From positions 12,863 through 76,862 of the forward strand of contig JBAYNU010000004.1 in assembly GCA_041678665.1 (NCBI GenBank): a stretch of 64,000 bases of DNA, written 5' to 3'. The position numbers and the translations under genes are program-made. Below, one piece after another: positions 63,615-64,000 of the stretch. Each line of letters starts with the position of its first letter. Position 1 is the stretch's first letter. The notes beneath the pieces were generated by a model. The model was given only the letters and a program-made list of their open reading frames with translations. It ran no database searches and was not told where the DNA came from. Source of the stretch: Candidatus Magasanikiibacteriota bacterium (GTDB taxonomy: Bacteria > Patescibacteriota > Patescibacteriia > Magasanikbacterales > GWA2-37-8).

Positions 63615-64000
63615 ATGCAAAAAATTGGCAGGTTTTTTTTGTGGAGTGCGTCCGTATTAGTATTGGTCGCTTTTGGAGTATTAATTATCGGACTAGCTCA
63701 ATTTTTGGTGAATTCCAAAACACATTCTACTAGTGTGAGCAGTGTGGGCTTGGAATCAGATTATTCTTACGACCAAATTACTGGTATGGGTATGTCGGAT
63801 GGAGCGGTAGTCACTGCAGTGCGATCATTAGCCAAGACCGCTAATATGCAAATGGCGGCTTCGGAAATAGCGTCTCCGGTAAACGATACCATCGCATCGG
63901 CTAATACTACCGAGCGGATGATAGTTAAAACTGGTAATTTATCAATAGTAGTCAAAGATGTGCGCGCATCAATTAAGGCGGTTTCGGAATACGCGGTCGC
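63615..64000 (+). CDS. DUF4349-like membrane-anchored protein (runs off window)
   Basis: N-terminal TM; ERMIVKTGNLSIVVKDV; frame open to window end. Confidence 0.7.
   Translation, partial: MQKIGRFFLWSASVLVLVAFGVLIIGLAQFLVNSKTHSTSVSSVGLESDYSYDQITGMGMSDGAVVTAVRSLAKTANMQMAASEIASPVNDTIASANTTERMIVKTGNLSIVVKDVRASIKAVSEYAV

Noticed and set aside
1-64000. Alternative genetic code (UGA read as Gly, as in some CPR lineages)
   Set aside because: Conserved genes are intact under code 11 and several end properly at TGA (miaA, NYN, dnaE).

Overview
Chromosomal window from a small-genome, AT-rich bacterium. The gene content and style (housekeeping genes with AT-rich leaders lacking Shine-Dalgarno motifs, pilin-like surface proteins, many orphans) suggest a Patescibacteria/CPR lineage; this is inferred and was not tested. 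It carries housekeeping genes (thrS, miaB, miaA, rel, topA, dprA, pth, der, recG, radA, clpC, htpX, lemA, rseP, pheST, dnaE, prs, tsaD, mtnA, hup, rny, infB, proS, trxA), four tRNAs (Val-CAC, Arg-GCG, Met-CAT, Glu-TTC), an envelope operon (PAP2-transglycosylase fusion, LtaS-like, TerC), and a ~3.3 kb islet at tRNA-Glu (Doc/Fic, HTH, SIR2-like). The most striking signal is several families of short dispersed repeats: TGTCAT...ATGACA palindromic elements, 15/30-bp CCGCC-N3-GGCGG hairpins, and 7-9-bp tandem-unit arrays. They occur between genes and also about 16 times in frame inside nine core genes, where they add peptide loops, nest in one another and supply two stop codons. Other notable candidates are a 6S-like rod-shaped RNA upstream of rny, a promoter-driven small RNA antisense to a NYN nuclease gene, and several unannotated small proteins.
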